From positions 565-64,564 of the forward strand of contig JBOEGW010000002.1 of assembly GCA_050633625.1 (NCBI GenBank): a stretch of 64,000 nt of DNA, written 5' to 3'. Origin of the DNA: Maritimibacter sp. (lineage in GTDB: Bacteria > Pseudomonadota > Alphaproteobacteria > Rhodobacterales > Rhodobacteraceae). Made by a program: the position numbers and the translations under genes. Of the stretch, positions 1 to 9,477 are shown in pieces. The notes beneath the pieces are model-generated. The model did no database searches. It was not told the origin of the DNA and saw only the letters and a list, made by a program, of their open reading frames with translations. Position 1 is the first letter of the stretch, and every line of letters starts with the position of its first letter.

Positions 1-147
1 TAGCATTTGCAACACCAAGTACCCGGAACTGCATGCACATTGGTCCTCTGTCTCTAAGCACCGATTTTCGATTTTTCTGCTCCGTCATCTTCGAATGTAA
101 CATATATCGCGTGGCGATATTTCGCGCACCGTGTCCGTTTCGCGGGC

Positions 148-357
148 ATGAACTTGCGGGACCGTGTAGCACTGAACATCCAGGAATTGAGACGCGCCCG
201 CGGCCTCAGCCAGGAGGAGCTTGCTCATCGGGCCGATGTGAGCCGCGGCCATATGGGCAAGGTCGAGAACGCCAAGTTCGCGGCCTCGCTCGACCTTCTC
301 GAACGCATCGCCCGGGCGCTCAATGTCGACCCCGAAGTACTCTTCGCGAGGCGCTAG
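148..357 (+). CDS. XRE-family helix-turn-helix transcriptional regulator (69 aa)
   Basis: Translation NIQELRRARGLSQEELAHRADVSRGHMGKVENAKFAASLDLLERIARAL is a classic Cro/C1-type HTH. GC-rich third codon positions. Confidence 0.85.
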   Translation: MNLRDRVALNIQELRRARGLSQEELAHRADVSRGHMGKVENAKFAASLDLLERIARALNVDPEVLFARR

Positions 358-433
358 TGCGCTTCCTGAGGCTTTGATCCTGTCCCCCAACGCGAGGACA
401 TAACGGCAAGAACGGTACGAGTGGCGCGGGTAC

Positions 434-634
434 ATGGCGAAGAGAAAGACAGGCTGGCCTTTCCAGGAAGGGTTTCTGAACGACGGAACACAGGAGATCC
501 ACCTGTTCACCGATTACCGTTGGAATAATGGCTCGGTGAGTCGCCGCTGGCATGTCGATCCAGAACGTTTTGATGCAGACCGTGCCGACCTGCGCCCAGT
601 CTCCCTGAAGGCATCGGACAGTTCGGATCAGTAG
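434..634 (+). CDS. Small hypothetical protein (66 aa)
   Basis: ORF 77 nt downstream of the XRE gene with moderately GC-rich third positions. No recognisable motif and a weak RBS. Confidence 0.3.
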   Translation: MAKRKTGWPFQEGFLNDGTQEIHLFTDYRWNNGSVSRRWHVDPERFDADRADLRPVSLKASDSSDQ

Positions 635-1206
635 GAAAACCACTCCGAATGGCCCATGTTGCCCTCAAAGTCACCGAACTCGACCATGATGCTGCGGGCA
701 TAAAAGTGCCATAAGCCTCCGCCCGACGGATAGGCGATCTCCTGCCCGCTTTCCGAGACGAATGTCGCGGGCCAGGGGGTGTGGGAGCCGTAGACCCGCT
801 GGATGTAGCGGCAGGTCCGGTTTTCGCGATCGCAGGAGCGGATCGACCAGTCCCACTGGCGCGGTTCGTCGCGCGGCTCGTAGGAGCGCCCGGTGAACCA
901 GATCACATGAGTGCGGTTCAGCCATTCATACTCCGGCAAGTTTGTATCGAGCTCGCCCTCTCCGCCGGGCCCACCCAGCTCGACCGGCACATGGGCAAAG
1001 GTGCAGACCCCGAAAGGCGGCAGGCTCGGCCAGGGTGTGATCCGACGAATCATCGTGCGATAGGCCCGCGCGCAGACGGCACTCGGTGGGAAACCACCCG
1101 CCATGCAGAGCATGATGGCGCAGTCGATATCATAGGCCTGCGCCTTCACCGGCACCCCAAGAGCACCAAACACCCCGATTATCGCCGCCATCGCCTGCCG
1201 TTTCAT
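628..1206 (-). CDS. Secreted Cys-containing hypothetical protein, T4SS-adjacent
   Basis: Internal ATG at 1206 is preceded by GGGAGAG. N-terminus MKRQAMAAIIGVFGALGVPVKAQA looks like a Sec signal peptide. The CAIMLCMAGGFPPSAVC motif is reminiscent of TrbM-like conjugation proteins (tentative). Confidence 0.6.
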   Translation of the reverse strand: MKRQAMAAIIGVFGALGVPVKAQAYDIDCAIMLCMAGGFPPSAVCARAYRTMIRRITPWPSLPPFGVCTFAHVPVELGGPGGEGELDTNLPEYEWLNRTHVIWFTGRSYEPRDEPRQWDWSIRSCDRENRTCRYIQRVYGSHTPWPATFVSESGQEIAYPSGGGLWHFYARSIMVEFGDFEGNMGHSEWFSY

Positions 1207-1338
1207 GTCACTCTCCCGCAAAAGTTGCGGCAACTATCGTGCAATTTGTTTTTTTATGCAATCTGTCGTATTGACTCTATATGTCTTTATGGCCTTAGTG
1301 TCGTGAAGTAGAAGGGCTCTCGTGGGGAGAGTCCGAAC

Positions 1339-1653
1339 ATGCCGATAGCGCGCAACCAGATCCTGATCACCATCGATGGTGTGAAAGACCTTCAAGAAGA
1401 AGGCATCGCGTTCCGCTGCCGGTATGAACTCGTAGGGTTCACGGACGATGGCAAGCCGCGCTACCAGTGCATCTACCTGCGCGCGGGCGAGCCGGAAGCC
1501 ATTCTGGTCTCGACCCGGATCACCCCACACGGACCTGAGCCGCGGTATTTCAACATATGGCCGGGGCTCTTCAAACATCATCTCGAGTTCGGTGACGGGC
1601 GCGATCTGCGCTTTGGTCCTGACTACAGCATCACCCTCGAGGAGCGCGGCTGA
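1339..1653 (+). CDS. Hypothetical protein (104 aa), first gene of the virB-side transcription unit
   Basis: ATG preceded by GGGGAGAG. Third codon positions are strongly GC-biased in this frame. The competing minus-strand ORF 1234..1806 runs through the AT-rich promoter region and is judged a shadow. Confidence 0.6.
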   Translation: MPIARNQILITIDGVKDLQEEGIAFRCRYELVGFTDDGKPRYQCIYLRAGEPEAILVSTRITPHGPEPRYFNIWPGLFKHHLEFGDGRDLRFGPDYSITLEERG

Positions 1654-1756
1654 CGTCATCGCCTTCGGTCGCGACGGCACGGCCCGGACCTCGGGCTGGA
1701 CTTTCCACGGCGCGAGGCCTGCCTGGGCGGGGCTGGATGATAGCGCTGAGGCCGAA

Positions 1757-2290
1757 GTGGTTCTGGCCTCGCTGGTCGCCACGCCGCCGTCCGGACGCGA
1801 CGACATCCTCTCCCTGATCCGGACGACTGCTGATCGCCATCAGGGGAACCGTGCCCTGCGCCGAGCTGGTCTGAGTGCCGACGACTGGCAGTTCCTGTTC
1901 CGAGCACTGGTCGAGGCCGAAAGCAGCTACAACCCAACTGCCGTCAGCCCCAAGGGTGCCTATGGTCTTGGCCAGCTGATGCCAGACACGGCCCGTGCCC
2001 TCGGGGTCGATCCGCGCAATCCGTCCCAGAACCTCGATGGCGCGGCGCGCTATCTGCTCGGGCAGCTCGCCATGTTCAAGGACATCGACCTGGCGCTGGC
2101 AGCCTATAATGCCGGGCCGCACCGGGTGGTCGAGTATTCCGGCATCCCGCCTTTCACCGAGACCCGCGAGTATATCGCGCGCATCCATCGGATCCGGTCC
2201 CGGCTGGCAGGCCCTCCCGTTTCCGCTCCGGACATCCGCGTCGCAGACGATGTTCCAGCCCACGCGCCCGTCCACATCGATCTTCAGTAA
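1757..2290 (+). CDS. Lytic transglycosylase (SLT domain), VirB1-like; start uncertain
   Basis: ALVEAESSYNPTAVSPKGAYGLGQLMPDTA...LALAAYNAGPHRVVEYSGIPPFTETREYI contains the SLT catalytic Glu-Ser and AYNAG motifs. The ORF is open from 1448 but overlaps the preceding gene. The in-frame GTG at 1757 was chosen as a plausible start. Confidence 0.75.
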   Translation: MVLASLVATPPSGRDDILSLIRTTADRHQGNRALRRAGLSADDWQFLFRALVEAESSYNPTAVSPKGAYGLGQLMPDTARALGVDPRNPSQNLDGAARYLLGQLAMFKDIDLALAAYNAGPHRVVEYSGIPPFTETREYIARIHRIRSRLAGPPVSAPDIRVADDVPAHAPVHIDLQ

Positions 2291-2306
2291 AACAAGGGAA
2301 CCTCGC

Positions 2307-2588
2307 ATGCTTCGACATCGCCTCAGCCGCCTCTTGCCTGCCGCCACAACCCTGGCGGCTTTCGCAACGCCCGCCCTCGCGCAGGACTTGTCACCCATCC
2401 AAACCATGCTGGAAACCGTCGAGGCCGCGCTGACCGGTCCGATCGGGATCGCGGTCGCGACGCTCGCGGTCATCGGCACCGGTTTCATGTGCATGATGGG
2501 ACGGCTCAACTGGGGCTGGTTCGCCTCGGTCATCATCGGGATCGTGCTGATCTTCTCGGCCGGCACCATCGTCGACGGCTTCTCCTGA
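2307..2588 (+). CDS. virB2: VirB2/TrbC-type T4SS pilin
   Basis: 93-aa product with a long signal peptide ending ALAQD followed by two hydrophobic helices (GPIGIAVATLAVIGTGFMCMMG, WFASVIIGIVLIFSAGTIV). Sits immediately before virB3/virB4. Confidence 0.8.
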   Translation: MLRHRLSRLLPAATTLAAFATPALAQDLSPIQTMLETVEAALTGPIGIAVATLAVIGTGFMCMMGRLNWGWFASVIIGIVLIFSAGTIVDGFS

Positions 2589-2603
2589 GGTTGGAGAATA
2601 GAG

Positions 2604-2882
2604 TTGGCAGAACGATCTCCCCTCTTTCTGGGCCTCGCCCGTCCGCCCAAGTATCTGGGCTTGCCCGTCGGATACCTCGTGGTTCTGGCGACCGGGGTCG
2701 TTCTGCCGTTTATCTGGACGAAGTCGATGGTCTTCTTCCTGATTGGTCTCATCGCCTATCCGATCCTCTGGTTCGTCGCTGACCGCGAACCGCATTTCTT
2801 CGAGGTTCTGCGCGTCTCCTATGGATCGGTGCGCCCGACGAAGAACCGGGCCCTGCATGGAGGCGACAGCTTTGGCGCTTGA
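2604..2882 (+). CDS. virB3: VirB3-family T4SS protein
   Basis: 92 aa. PLFLGLARPPKYLGLP followed by TM segments, the typical VirB3 signature and position. TTG start. Confidence 0.8.
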   Translation: MAERSPLFLGLARPPKYLGLPVGYLVVLATGVVLPFIWTKSMVFFLIGLIAYPILWFVADREPHFFEVLRVSYGSVRPTKNRALHGGDSFGA

Positions 2883-5250
2883 TGCAGGCACCCTTTCCAC
2901 TCACGGAACCGCGCTTCTTCAGGCCGGCGGCGGGAACTTCGCGCGAGAGAGTTATCTCGCCGAACACCTGCCGTATTTCGCGCTCGCGGATGACGATGTG
3001 ATGGTGCTGCGCGAGGGCGACCTTATGGCGACCCTGCGCCTTGATGGGCTCAATCCGATGACCAGCGAGGATGCCCGGCTCGACGCGCTCAAACGCGCGG
3101 TCGCTGCCATCGTCGCCCAGACCGGCAACGCCTTCGGTTTCTACATCCACCGGATCTCCGTACCGCAGGATCTCGGGATGCGCCCCATCGAGGGCGATAG
3201 CTTTGCCGCCGCGATCGACGCGCGCTGGCAGGCCCATGTCAAGGACATGCGCCCGGCCAAGCGCCAGCTCTATCTCAGCGTCATCCGGCGCCCCGACATC
3301 TCGGCCCGCATTCCGCTCCTGCGCGCGTTGGCCCGCAAGGCCTGGGTCAAGGACCGCGCGACCCGGATGCAGGAGCTGAACGAGGTCGTGGGCTTTTTCG
3401 AGGTGGCGCTCTCCTCGGCCAACCCTGTGCGCCTGACCCGCAAGGGCGGTGAATGGCTGGGCTACCTCAACACGCTGAACGCGGGGGCATTCTCTCCCAT
3501 TGCCTTCGGGCAAAGCGCCCTGCCCCTTTCACATACCTTGAGCAATTGCCGCGCCACCTTCGACGGCGACGTCGTCACCTTGGCCGACGCTGTGACAGGC
3601 GCGGTCAAATACGGCGCGCTCTTTTCGATGAAAACCTATCCGGCCCTCACCGACGTTACGCTGCTCGACGCCCTCGACCTTCCCCTCGACATCGTGCTGA
3701 CGAATTCTTTCAGCCCGATCCCGAACAACATCATGGCCGAACGCATTCAACGCATCATCCGTCAGATGCATGCCTCCGACGATGCCGCCGTCTCCCTGCG
3801 GGAACAGCTCGGCCAAGCCGCCGACGATCAGGAGGCGGGCCGCATTGCCTTCGGGGACCATCACCTCTCCATCGCGGTCTATGCGCCAGATCGCGACACG
3901 CTCGAGCGCGCCGCCGCCCAGATCAAGCGCGTCGGTCAGGAGATCATGTCGGTGATCGTCCGCGAGACCATGGCGCTGAAAGCCACCTACTTCGCGCAAT
4001 CCCCCGGCAATTTCGGCTACCGCGCCCGCAAGACGCCGATCTCCTCGATCAACTTCGCCGACTTCGCAGCCCTCCATGGCAGCGTCGAGGGGCGCGGCCC
4101 AGACCAGTCGCCATGGGGTCAGACCATCTCGGTCCTGCCCACGGTCGGCACCTCGGGCTATCGCTTCAATTTCCATGAGGCGGGCACCCCGGGTAAGGAA
4201 CCCACGGTCGGCCACACCCTCGTCTTGGGTCGCACCGGCACAGGCAAGACGCTGACCACCGCCTTCCTCGCGGCACAGGCGCAGCGGGTCGGCGCGCGGC
4301 TCTTCTTCTTCGATAAAGATCGCGGCCTCGAGATGGCCGTGCGCGCCCTCGGTGGCCGCTATAACGAGATCCGCGCGGGCGTGCCCACGGGCCTGAACCC
4401 GCTCGATACCGAAATCGACGAACGTGGCCGCGCCTGGCTCTCGGATTGGCTTGCGACACTTCTCACACGCAACGGAACCCTCACCGGCGAGCAGTCACGA
4501 CACATCCAAAGCGCGGTCTCGCAAAATGCCCATGCCGAGGGCTCGCTCCGGCGCTTCGCGAGTTTCGAGACCCTGTTTCAGTCGCTCGATGACGATGGCG
4601 AGCTACAGTCCCGCGTCGCCGAATGGGCCCCGGGCGGGCGCTATGGCTGGGTCTTCGACGAGCCGGAACAGGGTCGCGGCCTCAAGATGTCCGGCGACAT
4701 CCTCGGCTTCGACATGACCGAAATCCTCGACATGACCACCGAGCGCATGGCGGTGCTCTCCTATGTCTTTCGTCAGATCGAACGGCTGGTGGAAGACCGC
4801 CGCCCCACCATCATCGTGCTCGACGAGGCCTGGAAGCTCTTGGACGATCCCTACTTCGGGGCGCGGCTCGAGAACTGGCTGGTCACGTTGCGCAAGATGA
4901 ACTGCGTCGTGATCATGATGACGCAGTATCCGAGCCAGCTGCGGGAGTCCCGCGTCGGCAAGACCATCGTCGAGACGGTCCCGACCCAGATCCTCTTCCC
5001 GAACGACCGTGCCACCATCTCGGATTACGACTTCCTGCGCGTGAACGCCAAGGAGGCGGCCCTCCTTGTCCAACCCACCATCGGGCAGCGTATCGCGCTT
5101 GTTCGCTCGGCGGGCGACAGCGTCTTCGTCGATGCGGACCTGTCAGCGCTTGGCAGCCTCCTCCCCATCCTTGGCGGCGGCGCCACCGGAGAGGCGCGCG
5201 TACCCGCCGATTGGCGCACCAGCCCTGATTTCTGGAGACATGTGATATGA
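2857..5250 (+). CDS. virB4: VirB4 T4SS ATPase
   Basis: About 797 aa. Walker A GRTGTGKT, Walker B IIVLDEAW, and the characteristic C-terminal VIMMTQ motif. The start is taken at ATG 2857, overlapping the virB3 end. The ORF is open from 2743. Confidence 0.95.
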   Translation: MEATALALDAGTLSTHGTALLQAGGGNFARESYLAEHLPYFALADDDVMVLREGDLMATLRLDGLNPMTSEDARLDALKRAVAAIVAQTGNAFGFYIHRISVPQDLGMRPIEGDSFAAAIDARWQAHVKDMRPAKRQLYLSVIRRPDISARIPLLRALARKAWVKDRATRMQELNEVVGFFEVALSSANPVRLTRKGGEWLGYLNTLNAGAFSPIAFGQSALPLSHTLSNCRATFDGDVVTLADAVTGAVKYGALFSMKTYPALTDVTLLDALDLPLDIVLTNSFSPIPNNIMAERIQRIIRQMHASDDAAVSLREQLGQAADDQEAGRIAFGDHHLSIAVYAPDRDTLERAAAQIKRVGQEIMSVIVRETMALKATYFAQSPGNFGYRARKTPISSINFADFAALHGSVEGRGPDQSPWGQTISVLPTVGTSGYRFNFHEAGTPGKEPTVGHTLVLGRTGTGKTLTTAFLAAQAQRVGARLFFFDKDRGLEMAVRALGGRYNEIRAGVPTGLNPLDTEIDERGRAWLSDWLATLLTRNGTLTGEQSRHIQSAVSQNAHAEGSLRRFASFETLFQSLDDDGELQSRVAEWAPGGRYGWVFDEPEQGRGLKMSGDILGFDMTEILDMTTERMAVLSYVFRQIERLVEDRRPTIIVLDEAWKLLDDPYFGARLENWLVTLRKMNCVVIMMTQYPSQLRESRVGKTIVETVPTQILFPNDRATISDYDFLRVNAKEAALLVQPTIGQRIALVRSAGDSVFVDADLSALGSLLPILGGGATGEARVPADWRTSPDFWRHVI

Positions 5251-5456
5251 GCTTGAAACCCCTCCTCGCGCTTTGCGCCGCCGCAAGCCTGCTCGCCGCT
5301 TGCGAGAAATACACCGAGAAGACCTCGCCCTGCTTCGGGCGCGATGGCGAACCGCAGGTGACGCGGTCCGCCCTCTCCTTCTCGACCATGGGCGCTCCGG
5401 TCCAGCAGGCCGCCAAGCCAGACTGCAGCTTCGAGCCCCTGCCCCGTCCTGAATGA
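5247..5456 (+). CDS. Small lipoprotein (VirB7-like position)
   Basis: 69 aa with lipobox LLAAC after a signal peptide. ATGA overlap with the virB4 stop. Confidence 0.6.
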   Translation: MSLKPLLALCAAASLLAACEKYTEKTSPCFGRDGEPQVTRSALSFSTMGAPVQQAAKPDCSFEPLPRPE

Positions 5457-6565
5457 GCCGCGCCGCGATCATATCCGCCGGGTTCTGCCTCGGCCTCGGC
5501 GCTTTGCCCGCGCATGCCCAGGGAGTGCCGACGCAGGACAATTCCGCGATCGGCCGCGCGATTGCACGGGTCACGGCGCTCGCCGAAGATCTAGGTGTCC
5601 AGCAGGACAAGGACCGGACCGAGACGACGCTGGCCGATGTCCAGGCCGACCAGCTCCGCGTCCTCGAGGAGATGACGGCGGCAATCACCGGTCCCGGCTT
5701 CGATATCCGCGCGCTCGAGGGCAATGCGGATTTCGGAGTGGCGGCGGTCTATCCCAATTTCGATGCAAGCCCCATGAACAGCCGCCTTTTCGGTGAGGGC
5801 CGCGAGACGGTCGAGATGATGATCGTCGAAGTTGCGGGCGAGTTCGCAGGCGCCCCCGGTGTGGCCCGCGCCGGTCTCTCAGCCACCCAGTGGCGCTGCC
5901 TCTTCCAGGCCCTGATCAAGCAGGAGAGCCGATTCAACGTCGCCGCCCAAAGCCCGGTCGGGGCCTATGGCCTGACTCAGCTCATGCCCGGCACCGCCTC
6001 CGATCTTGGAGTCGACCGCTATGACGTGAAAGACAACCTCCGCGGCGGCGCACGTTACATCACCACGCAGCTCAACCGTTTCGGCAACATCCCCCATGCG
6101 CTCGCGGCCTATAACGCGGGCCCCGGCCGGGTCATCGAATACGGTGGCGTGCCGCCCTTCACTGAGACCCAAGGCTATGTCCGCAACATCTCCAAGTTCT
6201 ACAACGAATACCTGGCCGTGGTGGGCGGAGCCGACGCGCTCGGCACGCTCTCGCCTTCGGACTTTGCGCTGGCCGAATATGCCAGCATCTCCGAGGCGGG
6301 CGTCTATTATGCCGCCGACAGTTCCGCCACGACCGAGCAAGTGATCAACCGCCTCCGCGCGATCATCCTGCAGATCGATGCCCAACCCAATGCCAAGGCG
6401 GCCTGGGAACTCAACACCTACGCCAAGGCCGAGATCGGCCGCATCCTCAACCTTCGCGTCCGGCTGATGGCGGCAAACCAGCAACGTGAGGCGGCCTACG
6501 CCCAACACCTCGTCGCCGACCGGCTGGCCGAGCGCGACTTCATGCAGATGGGAGTTCCCGAATGA
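5453..6565 (+). CDS. Secreted lytic transglycosylase domain protein (second SLT paralogue)
   Basis: Signal peptide. LIKQESRFNVAAQSPVGAYGLTQLMPGTA...ALAAYNAGPGRVIEYGGVPPFTETQGYV closely parallels the first SLT gene. Long C-terminal extension. Confidence 0.85.
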   Translation: MSRAAIISAGFCLGLGALPAHAQGVPTQDNSAIGRAIARVTALAEDLGVQQDKDRTETTLADVQADQLRVLEEMTAAITGPGFDIRALEGNADFGVAAVYPNFDASPMNSRLFGEGRETVEMMIVEVAGEFAGAPGVARAGLSATQWRCLFQALIKQESRFNVAAQSPVGAYGLTQLMPGTASDLGVDRYDVKDNLRGGARYITTQLNRFGNIPHALAAYNAGPGRVIEYGGVPPFTETQGYVRNISKFYNEYLAVVGGADALGTLSPSDFALAEYASISEAGVYYAADSSATTEQVINRLRAIILQIDAQPNAKAAWELNTYAKAEIGRILNLRVRLMAANQQREAAYAQHLVADRLAERDFMQMGVPE

Positions 6566-7329
6566 GACACCTGCTTCTGACGGTGGCCACGGTCACCACA
6601 CTCGGGTTTGCCTCGCCCGCAACGGCCCAGGGCGTACCAACCTTCGATGGCTCGCAGCTTGGTCAACTCGTGGCGCAGCTCGAACACATGGCTGAGGATC
6701 TGAACGTCCAGATGCAGCAGCTCGCCACCATGCGGCTGGAACTGGAGACCCAGCTGTCGCAGCTGACGAACCTCGAGGCGCAACTGACCTCGCTCATTGA
6801 GGGCAGCGGGTTGGGCGAGCTTTTTGCCACGGTCGAAGAGTTCCGCGCGCTGCGTGGTAAGCTGGTCGCGCCCCTCAACACCGCGCAGTCTTTGGCGAGC
6901 GGCGATTTCCTGAGCGGCTTCAATCCCGGTACCGAACTGTCGGCCTCGGTCGAGCGCGTACTTTCAGGCAGCGGCTTCACCTCGGAACGACTGAGCACGC
7001 TTTCGGGATCGGATCAGCCTGCCGACAACCGCATCGCCGCTTCCGCCGGGGCCAGCGCCATGTTGTCGGTCGCGGCGCAGGAAAGCCATGAGGAAGCCGG
7101 GCAAAGCCTTGAGCGGCTCGAGACCATGGTCGGGCTCATCGACGATCAGGACGGGCTGAAGTCCGCGGTCGATCTCAACACCCGCGTCACCGCCGAGCTC
7201 GGGATCATCCTGACCCAGATCTGGCGGCTGGAAGCGGCCCAGGGCGTCAGTGCCGGCCAGCTTGGCGTCGTCGATGCAGCCACCCTCGCGGATGAGCGCA
7301 AGTTCCGCTCGATGGCGGTGGATCCATGA
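6562..7329 (+). CDS. VirB5-like / T4SS minor pilus-associated protein candidate
   Basis: Signal peptide (ATAQG) followed by heptad-rich helical sequence. Sits between virB4 and virB6. The assignment rests on position and composition only. Confidence 0.45.
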   Translation: MRHLLLTVATVTTLGFASPATAQGVPTFDGSQLGQLVAQLEHMAEDLNVQMQQLATMRLELETQLSQLTNLEAQLTSLIEGSGLGELFATVEEFRALRGKLVAPLNTAQSLASGDFLSGFNPGTELSASVERVLSGSGFTSERLSTLSGSDQPADNRIAASAGASAMLSVAAQESHEEAGQSLERLETMVGLIDDQDGLKSAVDLNTRVTAELGIILTQIWRLEAAQGVSAGQLGVVDAATLADERKFRSMAVDP

Positions 7330-7760
7330 GGACCTCCAAGCTTACCACGAGCCGCTTCACCCTGATGGAAGCCGGACTTCTGAGCCTTTCGCTTGCCCTG
7401 CCGCTCGGCCTCCTTGTCTTGCCTGACGCGGCATCAGGTCAGGATCGGCCCTTCACCTCTATGGAGATCGCACGAGAGGACGACGATGCGTGCCGCGTCC
7501 CAAAACCCCCCATGGATCTCGCCGAGACCGCATACTTGCGCAATGGCTACCGCGCGATCCTGCGCATCCTGATCGCCGAAGAGGCGCTGGCCTCGGAAAC
7601 CTGCACCTGCCTGCTGGACCAGTTCACCTGGGATCAGGCGCTTGACGCACTGCCCCGGTTTCAGACCTCGGACAACCCGCGCCTGCCGTTCAAGGTGCTC
7701 GATCTCTACGCCCAAGCCGACGCGCTCGAGGCGCAAGTTGCGGAGGTCTGTGCGGAATAG
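7326..7760 (+). CDS. Hypothetical exported protein in the virB operon
   Basis: ATGA overlap with the upstream gene. Hydrophobic N-terminal segment LLSLSLALPLGLLVL. No assignable domain. Confidence 0.5.
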   Translation: MRTSKLTTSRFTLMEAGLLSLSLALPLGLLVLPDAASGQDRPFTSMEIAREDDDACRVPKPPMDLAETAYLRNGYRAILRILIAEEALASETCTCLLDQFTWDQALDALPRFQTSDNPRLPFKVLDLYAQADALEAQVAEVCAE

Positions 7761-8774
7761 ATGGGGGTCATTCGCGACATCCTGAGCCAGGTCGACGCCG
7801 CGGTAGATACCGTGGCACAGGACGGCTTTGTCTCCTCGGCGGGTGCCGTCGGCGACGTGATCTCCGCCGGGGCCGCGCTCCTCGTCGTGCTTCTCGGGGT
7901 CAACGCGGTCATGCAACTCCGTCCCCTGCCCTTCGGCACCGGCTTTGCCTTCGGGATGAAGGTGGCACTGGTCGGGATCTTCGCGCAGAGCTGGGACAAC
8001 TTCAGCGTCATCTATGGCATCGTCACGCAGGTGCCCGACTCCGTGGGCGCATCGATCCTCGCGCTCACCGGCTCGGGTGACGAGGCCGGGGTCTATGAGA
8101 GCCTCGACAACATGGTCGCCCGCATCACCGCCTATGGCGACACGATCGGCGACCGGGCGGGCTGGGTCTTCGGCGCTGTTCTGGGCGCCATTTTCTTCGT
8201 CCTCTCCGCCGTTTTCGCCGCCGTCACCGCCGGGATCATTGCCTTCGCCCGCATCGTCTTCGCATTGATGATCGTGATCGCCCCCTTCATGATCGTGACC
8301 TCGCTCTTCAAGCCGACCCAGTCCCTCTTCGAGGCCTGGACCCGCGCCACCATCGGCTATGCGCTCATGCCGGTCGCGGCCGCCGGGGCCGCGGGCATCA
8401 TCGTGGCGATCGCCGAGGCCATCGGGGATGCTTCCGCCGATCCGGGCGATGTCGAGACCGTCAGCCTCATCCTGCCCTTCCTGGTCATCCTGATCCTCAG
8501 CGCCGGGATCATGGCCTCAGTCCCCTACATCGCCTCCAACCTCACCGGCGTCGTGGGCATTGCCTCGAATGCCGTGGGTCTCACGGGCCTTGCGCGCCAG
8601 GGTTTCGTGAACACGCGCCAGTACGGCACCGGCACCACCTCCCGCCTTTTCACCGGCAAGTCCCCGCAGGAGCTGAACCAGATGGCCAATACGGGCGTGG
8701 TGAAGACCGGCGAGATGATCCGCCAAAGCCCCGGCGCACTTCTCTCCGCCGCCAAGGCCTTCCGCAAACCCTGA
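7761..8774 (+). CDS. virB6: VirB6/TrbL-family polytopic membrane protein
   Basis: 337 aa with multiple long hydrophobic helices. Position between the VirB5-like gene and virB8. Confidence 0.8.
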   Translation: MGVIRDILSQVDAAVDTVAQDGFVSSAGAVGDVISAGAALLVVLLGVNAVMQLRPLPFGTGFAFGMKVALVGIFAQSWDNFSVIYGIVTQVPDSVGASILALTGSGDEAGVYESLDNMVARITAYGDTIGDRAGWVFGAVLGAIFFVLSAVFAAVTAGIIAFARIVFALMIVIAPFMIVTSLFKPTQSLFEAWTRATIGYALMPVAAAGAAGIIVAIAEAIGDASADPGDVETVSLILPFLVILILSAGIMASVPYIASNLTGVVGIASNAVGLTGLARQGFVNTRQYGTGTTSRLFTGKSPQELNQMANTGVVKTGEMIRQSPGALLSAAKAFRKP

Positions 8775-8791
8775 TGTGAAAGACGACTGAC

Positions 8792-9472
8792 TTGAAGAAA
8801 CCTGTGACCAGTTCCCCCGCGCCTGACCGCGACGCGTTTGAAGCGGATTTCATCTACGGGCCAAGGCGGCGCGAGCGATTTGCCTGGTTCGTCGCGGCCG
8901 CGGGCGTGCTGGTCGGCGTGGCGGGCATGGTCGCGGGCGCGAGCCTCTTTCCCCTCAAGTCGACCGAGACCTTCGTGGTCGTGGTCGACAAGGAAACCGG
9001 CGAGATGGATCGGGTCGCGGCTGTGCAGGCGCTGACACTCTCGGAAAGCGACGCCATCATCCAGGCCAATCTCGTCGCTTACGTCGATGACCGCGAAACC
9101 TATGACCTGACCGATGGCGAGCAGCGCATCAACTCGGTGCTCGACCGCTCGGATGGCGATGCCGCCCGCACGCTGCGCGATCTCTGGTCGTCGACCAATG
9201 AGGACTACCCGATCACTGTCTATGGGCGCGATGCCAAGATCGAGGTGGTGATCAAGTCGGTGAACCAGATCGAGCGCGGCGTGGCCCAGGTCCGCTTCAC
9301 CCGCACGCTGCGCCGTCCGCGCGATACCCGCACCGTGACCCGGTCTTATGTCGCCACCGTCGGCTACGACTTCCAACCCGAAACCCGCCAGCGCCTTCAG
9401 GACGTCTGGGCCAACCCCTTGGGCTTCGTGGTGACCTCCTACCGCGTCGACGCCGAGACCCTGGAGAACTGA
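8792..9472 (+). CDS. virB8: VirB8 T4SS protein
   Basis: Single N-terminal TM (FAWFVAAAGVLVGVAGMVAGA) plus a periplasmic domain with ANLVAYVDDRETYD..., consistent with the VirB8 fold family. Confidence 0.85.
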   Translation: MKKPVTSSPAPDRDAFEADFIYGPRRRERFAWFVAAAGVLVGVAGMVAGASLFPLKSTETFVVVVDKETGEMDRVAAVQALTLSESDAIIQANLVAYVDDRETYDLTDGEQRINSVLDRSDGDAARTLRDLWSSTNEDYPITVYGRDAKIEVVIKSVNQIERGVAQVRFTRTLRRPRDTRTVTRSYVATVGYDFQPETRQRLQDVWANPLGFVVTSYRVDAETLEN

Positions 9473-9477
9473 CCCCC

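Noticed and set aside
1234-1806. 190-aa minus-strand ORF competing with the 104-aa plus-strand gene and the start of the SLT gene.
   Set aside because: The plus-strand frame has the strong GC third-position bias and a GGGGAGAG RBS. The minus-strand ORF must read through the AT-rich promoter region (1240-1330) to reach its stop.
1631-2752. 373-aa minus-strand ORF across the VirB1-like/virB2/virB3 region. The same pattern appears in other long antisense ORFs, for example 8525..9634, 10227..11102, 17113..18285, 19349..20992, 41226..42281 and 58543..59949.
   Set aside because: These lie antisense to genes with unmistakable motifs. Their translations are Arg/Pro/Gly-rich and low-complexity, which is typical of shadow ORFs in GC-rich DNA. 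They have no RBS or motif support.
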